A stretch of 56,448 bases of DNA from a virus (lineage: Duplodnaviria > Caudoviricetes): the IMG/VR virus record IMGVR_UViG_3300028034_000004, positions 1-56,448 of that record; one strand, written 5' to 3'. The notes under the pieces were generated by a model, which saw only the letters and a program-made list of their open reading frames with translations, was not told the DNA's origin and searched no databases. Shown piece by piece: positions 45,594-55,407 of this stretch (the stretch's first letter is position 1; the number at the start of each line of letters is the position of its first letter). The position numbers were made by a program, and so were the translations under genes.

Positions 45594-46307
45594 TTAATTT
45601 TCCTCCTTTAAATTTAATTCTATTCCTTCTAAACGATCTCCGAATTGTACACTTGAGTAAGGTAATTTAATGACATATTCTATAGAAGTTTCTGTTCCCC
45701 AAAGTTTTACTTCGGAAGATAAATCTTCGGGCTGTGCTTGAGAGTAACCTAATGCGTGAATATGTGCAATACCTTTTAATCCAATTAAGTGTTTTACAAA
45801 TTTATTGATTGAGACCATACATAAAAAAGCCATATCTTCCGACTCTGATTTAACCGGGGATATACACTTAAGCGATAACCTCCCGGTGTAAATGTCGTCA
45901 GTACCGTGAACAGTGTTAATCATTTTAGAATGTATTGGAAGGAAATTTTCTTCTCCTAACGTTTCCAAAGCTGGTCTAACTCCGGAAATTTTACCTTCTA
46001 CGATTGCTGGTTTGACTCCGTTCTTGTCGGTATTCTCTGGCCAATTATTCCTAATATACATTTCTTCTTTAGGATTTAAATGCCAGTTGCCGGTTTGATA
46101 GTTCTGGTCGAATATTGCTCTCATAAAAACTATTAGAGTATCAGAAACTATTCTACCTGGCCTTTTAGGTGTATTGTATGCTTTATTAATTTGAATAGAC
46201 GATTTAAGTTTGTTTGAACCTAAAGCATTAACCTCTAAATTTGAATTTAGGTCTCCAGTATCTGAATTCCAAATATTAATTGATGAAATTAAATCATTAG
46301 TCGACAT
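45594..46307 (-). CDS. Tail completion/terminator-like protein with N-terminal DLxSxIxI repeats
   Basis: Position between neck and sheath; KPAIV and LSLKCISP..SESEDMA. Confidence 0.55.
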   Translation of the reverse strand: MSTNDLISSINIWNSDTGDLNSNLEVNALGSNKLKSSIQINKAYNTPKRPGRIVSDTLIVFMRAIFDQNYQTGNWHLNPKEEMYIRNNWPENTDKNGVKPAIVEGKISGVRPALETLGEENFLPIHSKMINTVHGTDDIYTGRLSLKCISPVKSESEDMAFLCMVSINKFVKHLIGLKGIAHIHALGYSQAQPEDLSSEVKLWGTETSIEYVIKLPYSSVQFGDRLEGIELNLKEEN

Positions 46308-47022
46308 CAAAATCTACCTCCTCATCTGGAAGAGGAATTTTGTATTCTGGTCTATGTGACTCTATAGCTTCCAAAGGTACGAATTGTTTTGTTACATACA
46401 TACCCATTCTAGATAAATTTATTCCGGAAACTACTCTGTATCTGACACCTTTGAAAACAAATATATCATTTGGTTTTAAAAGCGGAATATTGGTAGTCCA
46501 AAAAGCTTGAGAAAAACTTTCTGTAGAAACTCTTTCTCTCATCGGTCGTCTATGAATTTGATCTCCTCTGAAATCAACATATAATTTTAAGGGTTTGTAA
46601 TAAGGTTCTTTATATCCAGTACCTAAACAAGTTGGACAATTACTGCGGGTTGACTTCTCATTAACTTCATCCCAGCAGTCCGGACAATGCTCGGCATTCG
46701 TTTTTTTAATAAAAGCGAAGCCATAAGTCCCTCCAGAATGTCGCTCCGATTTAAGGTACCATCTATCCCTTCTTACAATCTCTTTTGCATATCCATTTGG
46801 TATCTGAAACATATGCAGCATAAAATCTTTTATTTTATAATATCTATATCTGTTATCGCTTTGATCGAATTTGTCGATATATTCACCGTCAGACAAATCT
46901 ATGGTATCGATAATTTTAAAACCGTCATGTGGAGCTTCGCTTCTTAAAATATCAGCTGTTTCATTGATTGGGGTCCAATGAAGTTTTGCAGCGCCGGGTC
47001 TAAATGTTACATACCCATTCAT
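46297..47022 (-). CDS. Neck/head-closure protein with zinc finger
   Basis: CPDC...CPTCLGTGY; PLLKPNDIF..RYRV. Confidence 0.6.
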   Translation of the reverse strand: MNGYVTFRPGAAKLHWTPINETADILRSEAPHDGFKIIDTIDLSDGEYIDKFDQSDNRYRYYKIKDFMLHMFQIPNGYAKEIVRRDRWYLKSERHSGGTYGFAFIKKTNAEHCPDCWDEVNEKSTRSNCPTCLGTGYKEPYYKPLKLYVDFRGDQIHRRPMRERVSTESFSQAFWTTNIPLLKPNDIFVFKGVRYRVVSGINLSRMGMYVTKQFVPLEAIESHRPEYKIPLPDEEVDFDVD

Positions 47023-47468
47023 TACCACATATTCCTTCCGAATTCAGAGTGTATTCCGCCCCAACCGGATTGTACACTGATGGCTTCTTTGAAATCTAAT
47101 AAATCTTGCATCCAGCGTTGGTACATACTCGATGCCATTTGGAAATATTGTTGACCTTTACCTTCCAAACGAACAGAAGTTCCACCCTGGTCCTGATAAG
47201 GCATTTCATTTCTAACTTTAAGCAACCCTTTAGATTGTAAAGCTTCTATGATAGCCCCATCGACAATAAGTAACCAATGAGTTTGGGGGAAGTTGTCTAA
47301 ACCATATGTTGTCGTAGGCGGTTTCATATTGATCCTTGCTAAAGATCTTTTAACATATCTTTCAATTTCTTTAGGAGCATATTCCTCACCGTTATTTCTT
47401 TCTAAAAGTATATGATTAAGTTCAGGATAATCTTGTAAAGTTTCCCTGACCTCAGTAACATAATCCAT
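47022..47468 (-). CDS. Head-tail adaptor (neck) protein
   Basis: Position; VRETLQD..N..L and YQDQGGTSV pattern. Confidence 0.6.
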   Translation of the reverse strand: MDYVTEVRETLQDYPELNHILLERNNGEEYAPKEIERYVKRSLARINMKPPTTTYGLDNFPQTHWLLIVDGAIIEALQSKGLLKVRNEMPYQDQGGTSVRLEGKGQQYFQMASSMYQRWMQDLLDFKEAISVQSGWGGIHSEFGRNMW

Positions 47469-47490
47469 TTTATCAACCTCCCCACTTTAG

Positions 47491-48087
47491 TTATGCTAAT
47501 TCTTCAATAATTAATTTTATTTTGTCGTCTTTGTTAAGCTTAGAATAACCACTGATTTCCTTTTCTTTGCAAAGGTCATCAAGATCGGTTGAAGTGAAAG
47601 CATCATCTAAAGCTTTCTCATCTAATTCAACTTCTTGGCCGTCGAATTCTACTGTGTTGATTTTTACTTCTACAGTTGAATCAACCTCATCTGCAGCATC
47701 TTCTTCAACCTCATCTTTAGCAGCTTCTTCTAAAGTTTTATCGGCTGCTTCTTTAGCAGCGTCTTCAATTTCTTTTTCTTCTTCGGTTGGCTCGTCTACT
47801 GGTTCTTCATCTTCATTGTCGACTGGCTCGTCAACCTTTTTTTTCATCGCCAGTTGTTCTGGTCTGAATCTCTTTTGTCTGACTTTTTTGGGTTCTTCAA
47901 CTTTATCTAAATTAACTATCTTAATTTTACCACCTTTTTCAAGCAACTTCAAACCTTCTGTAAGTGGTGCATCGTCAGTGTTGAAAGTTGGAATATTTGA
48001 TTTATCTTTGTACTTTTCAACGTTCTTAATTGTATACCCCTGCCATGCTGTGAAACCAAAACCTAAGTATTCAATCCTGTAATTCAT
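47491..48087 (-). CDS. Acidic protein with C-terminal Rho-N/HeH-like domain
   Basis: LDDLCKEKEISGYSKLNKDDKIKLI; directly after the capsid gene. Confidence 0.7.
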   Translation of the reverse strand: MNYRIEYLGFGFTAWQGYTIKNVEKYKDKSNIPTFNTDDAPLTEGLKLLEKGGKIKIVNLDKVEEPKKVRQKRFRPEQLAMKKKVDEPVDNEDEEPVDEPTEEEKEIEDAAKEAADKTLEEAAKDEVEEDAADEVDSTVEVKINTVEFDGQEVELDEKALDDAFTSTDLDDLCKEKEISGYSKLNKDDKIKLIIEELA

Positions 48088-48106
48088 TTTTTTCCTCCTT
48101 TAGATA

Positions 48107-48136
48107 TTAAAATAGGCGGGCGAATTTACGCCCGCC
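48107..48136 (-). terminator. Intrinsic terminator after the major capsid gene
   Basis: GGCGGGCG-TAAATT-CGCCCGCC-TATTTT. Confidence 0.75.
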
Positions 48137-48175
48137 CTTTGATTAGGATATTATTCTTATATTATTCTATACTAT

Positions 48176-49117
48176 TTATGCTGGGTTCCCGTCGTATAAT
48201 TCTTCAGCACCAGAAAGCACCATTTTACCTACAGCTTTGTAGTTACCTAAGTTGAATCCTGTGTAGTACCAGGAGCTCATTTTCAGTAGGTCTTTATCTT
48301 TCTGCATCCAGAATGTTGGATCTCCCAGAGCAAAAGCACTTCCAAAAAACTGTGGTGAAGTTGCAACGTAAATAACACCTGGTTTAATTACATCACTGTT
48401 ACTTGTAGTGATGAGTCTTTTTCCACCAATTTTAAGTTGCTCTACACCGTCTTCAATTACTCTAGTGATTAATCCCCCGACTTCTGTATGATTCCAGCTA
48501 TAAGCATCGTTTAATGTTGAACGGTGCATAATAACTGTGTCTGACTTCAATCTTTCTGTATCAATCATATTGAAAAGTTTTGTGAAGTCATCCTTTTGGA
48601 AAGTAGAGTTAGTAGATGCAAGATAGTTACCATTAAGTTTAACAGCACTATTAACGATTTTGAAGAAGTAATCATCTTCCTGCTCCTGCATATCTAATAC
48701 TACGTTCTGGCGAATGATGTCAGTGATAGGAATGCGGATGTTCTGCAATTCCATTTCATTTTTTTCAAATACTGGAGAAGCGTACTTTAAAAATGGTATG
48801 ATGAATTTATCACCAGTTATGTATTCTCCGGTAGGTTCACCTCTCATAGTCAGTTTCATAGCATAGGAGTCTGGCTCTCTATCAAGTAACATATACCCTG
48901 TATCAGAGTTATCTTGATCAATCTGATATCTTGGATCCTCAGTTGTTACTCTCTCAAAGCTATCTCCAAAGAAGCGTCTCATGACACCTTCTTCACGGAG
49001 TTTCATTCTTACATAGTTACTACCAGCAACGCTAGCTTCTTTAATTTTGCTAGGGTCTTCAATAATACTCATAAAGTTTTCGTTGAATTGCTCAACGCTA
49101 ATGTTATCGAAATTCAT
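48176..49117 (-). CDS. Major capsid protein (HK97-fold)
   Basis: 313 aa; strong RBS and terminator; MQEQEDDYFF backbone helix, DTVIMH, IKPGVIYV, C-terminal GFNLGNYKAV; lies after protease/scaffold genes. Confidence 0.8.
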   Translation of the reverse strand: MNFDNISVEQFNENFMSIIEDPSKIKEASVAGSNYVRMKLREEGVMRRFFGDSFERVTTEDPRYQIDQDNSDTGYMLLDREPDSYAMKLTMRGEPTGEYITGDKFIIPFLKYASPVFEKNEMELQNIRIPITDIIRQNVVLDMQEQEDDYFFKIVNSAVKLNGNYLASTNSTFQKDDFTKLFNMIDTERLKSDTVIMHRSTLNDAYSWNHTEVGGLITRVIEDGVEQLKIGGKRLITTSNSDVIKPGVIYVATSPQFFGSAFALGDPTFWMQKDKDLLKMSSWYYTGFNLGNYKAVGKMVLSGAEELYDGNPA

Positions 49118-49144
49118 TTATGTATTCCTCCTTTTAATTTTAAT

Positions 49145-49579
49145 TTAGTATAATTTTTGGATCTCAATATCTTCTGCGTTTACTGATAGAACTTCAGCAA
49201 CAGCCATATCTTCTGTATCTCCACCGGCTGTATCTAATACAGCAAGTTTGCCAGGAGTTGCACCAATTTTCATCTTATCTCCAACACTTGGAGTTCCGTC
49301 AAAATGTTTAGTATAAGCAGTAACGTTACCTCGTGAAATGGTAACTCCGTCAATAGCTTCGTTATCATACTGGAACTTAAGTTCTAACATTGGGAAAGCA
49401 ACTTTAGCGCCGGAAGGAGCGATTACAAACTTACCATTTGCATCCTCGGAAAGATATACCCCATCGTGTAATGCATCAGTATCTACTGTATCAGCAAGCT
49501 GCACAGTATCCCAGTTATTATTTTCACTACCGAATCTTAATTTAAAGTTTTGATCTTCTCTTAACCATTTTGTTTCCAT
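49145..49579 (-). CDS. Capsid decoration/cement-like protein
   Basis: 144 aa, beta-rich; PSVGDKM..GKL; just upstream of the capsid gene. Confidence 0.6.
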   Translation of the reverse strand: METKWLREDQNFKLRFGSENNNWDTVQLADTVDTDALHDGVYLSEDANGKFVIAPSGAKVAFPMLELKFQYDNEAIDGVTISRGNVTAYTKHFDGTPSVGDKMKIGATPGKLAVLDTAGGDTEDMAVAEVLSVNAEDIEIQKLY

Positions 49580-49601
49580 TTAAATTTCCTCCTTTTAAAT
49601 T

Positions 49602-50372
49602 TTATGAATTATTCATTACGAAATCAAAAATGGGGTTCCCTGAATTAGCAGATGCTTTCTTGGAAAGATCCCCTACATCTAATAAAGACTTTTCAGCGAC
49701 CTTATCCATAACTCTCATTTCGACTTCGAATTCCTCTTCATCCATTGAAGCGAATTTTTCTAACTGTTCAGGGATCTCATCAACAGAGATTTGTTCCATC
49801 TTTGCCATTTTAATGAGTTTATTAAAAGCTTTATCCCTTTGTTCATTCTGTCTTTTAATCGAAGCAATCTTTTCTAAACTTTCTTCCTTCTCTCCTTTCA
49901 GTTGTTTGATAACTGATGCGGATTTTTTTAAATCGGAAGCAGTTTTAGTTAGTAATTGGGAGATGTTTGCCACCTTTTCATTTCCCCCTTTCTTGAATTC
50001 TTTCAATACTTTTTGTTTTTCTTTCTTTCGTTTGTTATCAATATGAGCCTTCAACCCTCCTGCAGCAAGCATTGGTATTGCCATTTTTTTTGCAGTTGAT
50101 AAAGGTTTAGCTGCTGAATAATCTTTTGCCTTTTTAAAAGTGTCGCCACCTAAAGCAACATTTTTAGTAGTCTCGAAAGCTTTTCCTATACCAGGAGCAT
50201 TACTTAAGGTTTTACCGAGTGAACGATTTGCATTAGAAATTCCTTTTACTTTATTTAAAACTTGTTGATTGACTTTCCTTTTAGCAATATCTTTAGGTAG
50301 TTTATGTTTAAATTGGTTATACTTTGTTGCCCCAGCCTTTAAAGCACTACCTAATATGCTAGAGTTCCCCAT
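49602..50372 (-). CDS. Scaffold-like/internal head protein
   Basis: Basic N-half, coiled-coil C-half with repeated K-x-A motifs. Confidence 0.6.
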   Translation of the reverse strand: MGNSSILGSALKAGATKYNQFKHKLPKDIAKRKVNQQVLNKVKGISNANRSLGKTLSNAPGIGKAFETTKNVALGGDTFKKAKDYSAAKPLSTAKKMAIPMLAAGGLKAHIDNKRKKEKQKVLKEFKKGGNEKVANISQLLTKTASDLKKSASVIKQLKGEKEESLEKIASIKRQNEQRDKAFNKLIKMAKMEQISVDEIPEQLEKFASMDEEEFEVEMRVMDKVAEKSLLDVGDLSKKASANSGNPIFDFVMNNS

Positions 50373-50757
50373 CTAAGATTTGGCTCGCAATCTTATCTGA
50401 TAGTTCTTCTACCATTTCTTCATTACCTTCTTGGCTGAGGAGTTTTTTTCTAAGTTTATTATATTGCTCGTTGCGGACGCCATTTTTAAGTCCGTTCATA
50501 GCAATTTCTTTTAGGCGTTGTTTTGACTCATCACTGCTCTCTACAAGCATTTTTCCTCCGACACCCTGTTCATTTATTTTATCGACATCTTCCTTGTTTG
50601 CTTCTTTATTAAGTCCGCTGACAACATTGTCTATCTTGGAAGCATTCTTTTCTAATTCAGCAACAAAATTATCAACATCGATATCTTTTTCTTCTACGGA
50701 GGCGGTTTTTTCTTTTTTAATCTGTTTCCACAATTCATCTATTCTTTGTTCGTCCAT
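50359..50757 (-). CDS. Head-associated protein with K-x-A motifs
   Basis: EKTAS, EKNAS, KEAN, DKIAS. Confidence 0.7.
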   Translation of the reverse strand: MDEQRIDELWKQIKKEKTASVEEKDIDVDNFVAELEKNASKIDNVVSGLNKEANKEDVDKINEQGVGGKMLVESSDESKQRLKEIAMNGLKNGVRNEQYNKLRKKLLSQEGNEEMVEELSDKIASQILDGEL

Positions 50758-50770
50758 TTACTCCCCCTCC

Positions 50771-51238
50771 TTAAACGTTATTTACTTCTTCTCCCTGGTC
50801 TTCGAAAAACATTTGAATCTCTTTAGGAAGTCCATCTAATGTTTCATACTTCTGAAAGTTATTATCTCTAACAACTCTCGGATTAGAAAGCAGTTGGAAA
50901 GAAGCTAACTTTTCAAAAAGCTCTTTCTTTTCTGGTGAAGAAAACTTACCAGAAATAGAAGCAACTTTCTCTTTTTGAGCAGAAGATAACTTTCCTCTTA
51001 ACTCTTCTTCTACTTCTTCACTTTCTTCATCACCATCATCGGCTTCGTTATCTTCTGTTCCTTCAATCATTTCTTCTGGATCTTTTTCAGCTTTTGGTTT
51101 AGTTTTAGCTTTAGCAACCTTTTCTAACGCCCTTGCCATAACTTCTTCAGCTAGAGCATCAACTTCTTCAGAAGCGTTCTTTTCCATTTCTTCTTCTTCA
51201 GCAATTTCATTTACTAAATCTTCAAGTGTACCAGCCAT
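50771..51238 (-). CDS. Acidic scaffold-like protein
   Basis: EKNAS, EKVA, EKVAS, EKLAS. Confidence 0.7.
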   Translation of the reverse strand: MAGTLEDLVNEIAEEEEMEKNASEEVDALAEEVMARALEKVAKAKTKPKAEKDPEEMIEGTEDNEADDGDEESEEVEEELRGKLSSAQKEKVASISGKFSSPEKKELFEKLASFQLLSNPRVVRDNNFQKYETLDGLPKEIQMFFEDQGEEVNNV

Positions 51239-51249
51239 AAGGCACCTCC

Positions 51250-53031
51250 TTAGTTAATAATCTTTTTAATAGCAGTTCCGGCCAGCATATCAACACCTCT
51301 ACCCAATGATTGCATCGGGGAAGCGGATGTAACAAATATATTTCCAATATTATTTAATGTATCATATTTTTTGTCAATCTCTTTATATCTATTATACAAC
51401 TGATCGGTATCATTAATCAAATCTGAAGTAGATTTTTTTGGTGATACCATTCGGGCCGCTTCTTTTGTTATAACATTGTCATAATTCATTTGACTTAAAG
51501 CTTTTTTAATGGCAATCCAATCATCTTTTGAATTAGTGGCTCCGATACCTAACATAGCAACTAGGTTGGGGTGCTCTTCAAGGAACTTCATTAACTTGGC
51601 ATCACTGTCAAAACGACCCGCGATATCCGATGCTAAATAAGCAGCAGGTACTCCTGCAAAAACTCGACCACCTAAATTAGATGCGGTCTTTTCAAATTCC
51701 TTACCTGCTCTTTTCATCTCACCTAAACCTTTGACGGCGCCAACACTACCGGCGGTCATTACAGGTAATAACCACGGGTGATCTTTGATCTTCTTATCAA
51801 GACCTTCTGCATTGTAATCGGGGACTTGATTTAAGTATCTGTTGTATAAAAGACTGCCAGCAATTATTCCAGGTGTTGCCAGTTGTTCTGGTCTGAATCT
51901 CTTTTGTCTGACTTCTTTGGGTTCTTCTGCTGCCATCTTAATGAGTCTTGGATATAAATACTCTTTGATTGCTGACCTCTCTTTAACATAAGGTATTCCA
52001 ACTTTAAAGACGTCAAAGTCTAAATCACCAAATAACGGGTTAAACTTTTTGTTGACTTCTCTTTCTGGAATATCTATATTAAGGATAATGTCGTCAAAGT
52101 CATCCGGGTTATGCCCCAACTTATTTAAATATATCCTTTGGAATTCTTCCGGTTTTAAAATGATACCTAAAGTTAAAAGAGAAGTTAATACATCATCAAT
52201 AGGTTTTTCAGAATAAAAATCCAAAACCTTATCGGAAATGTTTTTTTCTCTTTCTTTGATATCAGAAAAACCCCTCATTAATTTAGCCGCAATCTGTCCG
52301 GCATCATTGGAGATAGTTTCACCTGGGATCTCTTTTTCAATATCCGCTTTCTTTTTAAAGCCATTCAATACAGAAGCGACCTTTTTTAATGACTTAGCGG
52401 TCCTGTCCGCACCAATGTAGACAAAACTGATATCAAAAAATCTCGGTTTCTTATTTATCATATAAACTTTTCTGCCGTCAGGCAATACTTCACCTTTATG
52501 ATATTTTATATGATCACAGTAATCGTTGGTAGTCTTGGCGACATTACCACAGATACTGCAAACATCATATGGAACCTTACATCCCATTGAAACATCCCAC
52601 ATCTTATCATTGTCGATGTCTGATGCAATCTTAGGGGCTTTATCCCTATCAATCCTAACAATAAGTTCTACCCTATGCATTCTCGGATTGAAGTGGGCAA
52701 ACATTATATCCCCTTTAGATTTTTTCGGGTCTTTATTTTTATGATGAGTAAATACATATCCGAATTCTTCGAAGGTCTTATAGTGATCTAATATTTCTTG
52801 TTCTTCAAAATAATCAGAGTTAACATTGTCTCCCCAAATCTCACCACTGCTTACAGCAGAAACTAAAACGTAAACGGAGTCTGGGTCAGACTCGATATTA
52901 TCTTCAATGTAGTTTTTAATCTCATCAGAGATTGTACCAGAAGCCACTTTTTCAAGAGAATCAGAAGGGTCGATCTCCTGTAGTGAAAATTCTTCATCGT
53001 TATAATTAAAGTGTATTGTTTTTTCTATCAA
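51250..53031 (-). CDS. Prohead protease with long C-terminal extension
   Basis: VFTHH, VSMGCKVPYDVCSICGN..CDH, FFDISFVYIGAD (HK97/herpes-type fold with Zn insert). Confidence 0.75.
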   Translation of the reverse strand: MIEKTIHFNYNDEEFSLQEIDPSDSLEKVASGTISDEIKNYIEDNIESDPDSVYVLVSAVSSGEIWGDNVNSDYFEEQEILDHYKTFEEFGYVFTHHKNKDPKKSKGDIMFAHFNPRMHRVELIVRIDRDKAPKIASDIDNDKMWDVSMGCKVPYDVCSICGNVAKTTNDYCDHIKYHKGEVLPDGRKVYMINKKPRFFDISFVYIGADRTAKSLKKVASVLNGFKKKADIEKEIPGETISNDAGQIAAKLMRGFSDIKEREKNISDKVLDFYSEKPIDDVLTSLLTLGIILKPEEFQRIYLNKLGHNPDDFDDIILNIDIPEREVNKKFNPLFGDLDFDVFKVGIPYVKERSAIKEYLYPRLIKMAAEEPKEVRQKRFRPEQLATPGIIAGSLLYNRYLNQVPDYNAEGLDKKIKDHPWLLPVMTAGSVGAVKGLGEMKRAGKEFEKTASNLGGRVFAGVPAAYLASDIAGRFDSDAKLMKFLEEHPNLVAMLGIGATNSKDDWIAIKKALSQMNYDNVITKEAARMVSPKKSTSDLINDTDQLYNRYKEIDKKYDTLNNIGNIFVTSASPMQSLGRGVDMLAGTAIKKIIN

Positions 53032-53045
53032 GTTGACCCCTCCTT

Positions 53046-53942
53046 TTATCCATATACTTTTTGTTTAGCTTCTTCGAAAGTCATGTTACTATCTTTCATT
53101 GTTTTGGCTAAGTTAACAATTTGGTTTTTATAAGCCACATTCTCTCTGGCCATATCATATCCTGCAGTACCTAAGTTCTCAGATACATCTCTAGCAGAGT
53201 TAAGAATGTTGTTAACACCAGAAATTATTCTGTCTTCAGCACCGTTATCTCTTCTATTGAAACTATCCTGGATAGAAGTGACATCTTTAATATTATTAAA
53301 GTGCATTGTTCCAGTTCCACCAGCTTCTATTTGTTTCATGAACGATTTGACAGCAATAGGATGCTTGGCTAAATCAGGAGCAGCATCATAAAAGAATTTG
53401 AACTGTTGCTTTGACTCTGGATTATCTTCAAATTCCGGGTACCTTCTAATGAAAGCTTCCCAATATTTTTCTTCCTGGTTATTCAATTTGTTTCTAACAG
53501 CCTGGTATAAATCTCCGCCACCTTTTGCCCCTAAAGAAACTGCACCGGCTCCAGCCATACTCATACCTAACTTCTTGGCGATATCCTTAATCATTTCTCT
53601 ATCCTCAGGGGATATACTCATCATTGATTTAAGTTTATCTTTAGCACTGGCTTTTTTACCCAACATACCTCCGAAACGAGCTTCATCATCTAATTTCTGG
53701 TTCATTCTTTCATAATAACCTTTTTCAGATTTAAGCTTGTCTCTTTGATATTTATTCATTCTGGCATTTTGGATACCTTTTACAAGTAAACCGGCACCCC
53801 CAGCCGCTGCTGCACCTTTAAGTCCTTTTTTCACTGAGGGTTCATTCTTTTTAATATAATTGACGGTGGCATCTGTCGCATCATTTAATCTGCGGAAAAG
53901 TTTTTCGGCTTCTTCGTTTTTTAAATTAAAATCAAAAGCCAT
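53046..53942 (-). CDS. Putative internal head protein with Gly/Ala-rich segments
   Basis: GAAAAGGAGLLV, AGAGAVSLGA, KKASA. Confidence 0.7.
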   Translation of the reverse strand: MAFDFNLKNEEAEKLFRRLNDATDATVNYIKKNEPSVKKGLKGAAAAGGAGLLVKGIQNARMNKYQRDKLKSEKGYYERMNQKLDDEARFGGMLGKKASAKDKLKSMMSISPEDREMIKDIAKKLGMSMAGAGAVSLGAKGGGDLYQAVRNKLNNQEEKYWEAFIRRYPEFEDNPESKQQFKFFYDAAPDLAKHPIAVKSFMKQIEAGGTGTMHFNNIKDVTSIQDSFNRRDNGAEDRIISGVNNILNSARDVSENLGTAGYDMARENVAYKNQIVNLAKTMKDSNMTFEEAKQKVYG

Positions 53943-53953
53943 TTAGCCACCTC

Positions 53954-54688
53954 CTATTCGATTTCTTCTAATAACTTTTTAGCTTCCTCATCGGACATTC
54001 CTTCGATTGTGCTAACTAAATTACCTAGATCTTCGTTTTCTTCTTGCTCTTCCAATTCTGAAATTTTACCTTTAAGTTCTGGGGAAGACTGCGCAGCTTC
54101 CTTTAAAATCTCGCCAGCTTCCTCTTCTGTGATGGAATCCAGGAAGTTATTAACTTCTGCTTCTTTAATCATCTCTTCGTTATATACACCAATAGCTTCA
54201 TCTAACACTTCTGGCTCGATACCTGTTACAGAAGCAATCTTTTGTAAGCCGTCAATGTAGAGTTCTTCAGCTGATGCTTGTTTTTCTTTTTTCTTACCTA
54301 AAGCTTTATCTGGTCTTAGTGCGCCCATAACTCCGCCAAAAGCGGCGCCTTGTCCGGCTAATCTTTTTAATTGATTGGCCGAAACATTGCCACCGGTCAA
54401 CTTAGTACCTAATGCACCTAATCCAGCTGCACCAGCACCTGTAGAAGCTGCACCAACTAGAGCACCTTTACCTCTTTCTTTTAAAGCTTGTTTCTGTTCA
54501 TCTGATAATTTGTCAGCGAGGGCGGCACCTCCGTAACCTAAACCTAATCCAGCAGCTGCAGCAGTGGCTATTTCCTTTTTAGAAAGTTTGCTATTTATGG
54601 GGGATCCCCCTCCTGGTAAAAGACCCGCAACATTCGGGTTAGCAGCAACTTTTTCCATACCTAATTCTGTAATTCTATTAAAATCCAT
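53954..54688 (-). CDS. Putative internal head protein
   Basis: EKVAA...Gly/Ala core...EKQAS, acidic tail. Confidence 0.75.
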   Translation of the reverse strand: MDFNRITELGMEKVAANPNVAGLLPGGGSPINSKLSKKEIATAAAAGLGLGYGGAALADKLSDEQKQALKERGKGALVGAASTGAGAAGLGALGTKLTGGNVSANQLKRLAGQGAAFGGVMGALRPDKALGKKKEKQASAEELYIDGLQKIASVTGIEPEVLDEAIGVYNEEMIKEAEVNNFLDSITEEEAGEILKEAAQSSPELKGKISELEEQEENEDLGNLVSTIEGMSDEEAKKLLEEIE

Positions 54689-54715
54689 TTATGTATTCCT
54701 CCTTAAAAAGAATTT

Positions 54716-54737
54716 ATGCGAGAGTTACCCCTCGCAT
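54716..54737 (-). terminator. Intergenic hairpin (weak terminator or processing site)
   Basis: ATGCGAGGG-GTAA-CTCTCGCAT followed by AAATTCTTTTT. Confidence 0.45.
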
Positions 54738-54745
54738 TTATTTAA

Positions 54746-55387
54746 TTACTCAGTTAAAGCGTCAATGCCAGCTTCAAATAATGCATCAAATGTTTCTTCA
54801 TCTAATCCATAAGCTGCAGCTGTTTTTTGCTTTTCTTTTCTCTTTTTATTAGCATAAGCACCAGCAGCACCTAATCCAGCTAATCCAGCGGCACCTAATC
54901 CAGCTTTACCTTTGTTGTTTTTGAGAGCTTGTAGAGCAGAACTACCAGCGGAACCCAAAGCACCTGCACCAGCTTTAGCAGCGTCGCCAGTAAAGCCGGC
55001 TACATTTTTAGCACCTCTAGCAACACTTCTTCCACCTCTTGCTGCCATATTACCTGGATTTTTAAGAGCTTCTTTTAATGCTGCTTTTGTTCCTACACTT
55101 TCAGGAGCATTTTTAACAAAGTCATAAACACCTTTGCCTGCAACGCCAGCACCTGCAGCACCAGCACCTCCACCAATCAATGCAGCTAATTGTTTCTTAG
55201 ACATTCCGCCATTTTCTTGCTCTTCAGCAGCCTTTTCTAAAAAGTCATGCAGTTCCATAGCATCTACACCATGTACTCCAGCTACCTTTTCTAAAGAATC
55301 AGCATAATCATTAAGACCTTCCTCATAAGCAACCTTTTCTAAACCTGCTTCTAATACCATATTGATTTCTTCTTGTGTTAAATTCAT
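54746..55387 (-). CDS. Putative internal head protein, paralog A
   Basis: N-terminal ~52 aa nearly identical to 55408-55857; Gly/Ala/Lys core. Confidence 0.8.
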   Translation of the reverse strand: MNLTQEEINMVLEAGLEKVAYEEGLNDYADSLEKVAGVHGVDAMELHDFLEKAAEEQENGGMSKKQLAALIGGGAGAAGAGVAGKGVYDFVKNAPESVGTKAALKEALKNPGNMAARGGRSVARGAKNVAGFTGDAAKAGAGALGSAGSSALQALKNNKGKAGLGAAGLAGLGAAGAYANKKRKEKQKTAAAYGLDEETFDALFEAGIDALTE

Positions 55388-55407
55388 TTTGTATTCCTCC
55401 TTGTTTT

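Larger units (their letters stand above)
47849..51927. repeat. 50-bp direct repeat (47849-47898 and 51878-51927) inside two unrelated genes
   Basis: 49 of 50 bases identical; both encode EEPK(K/E)VRQKRFRPEQLA. Confidence 0.95.
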
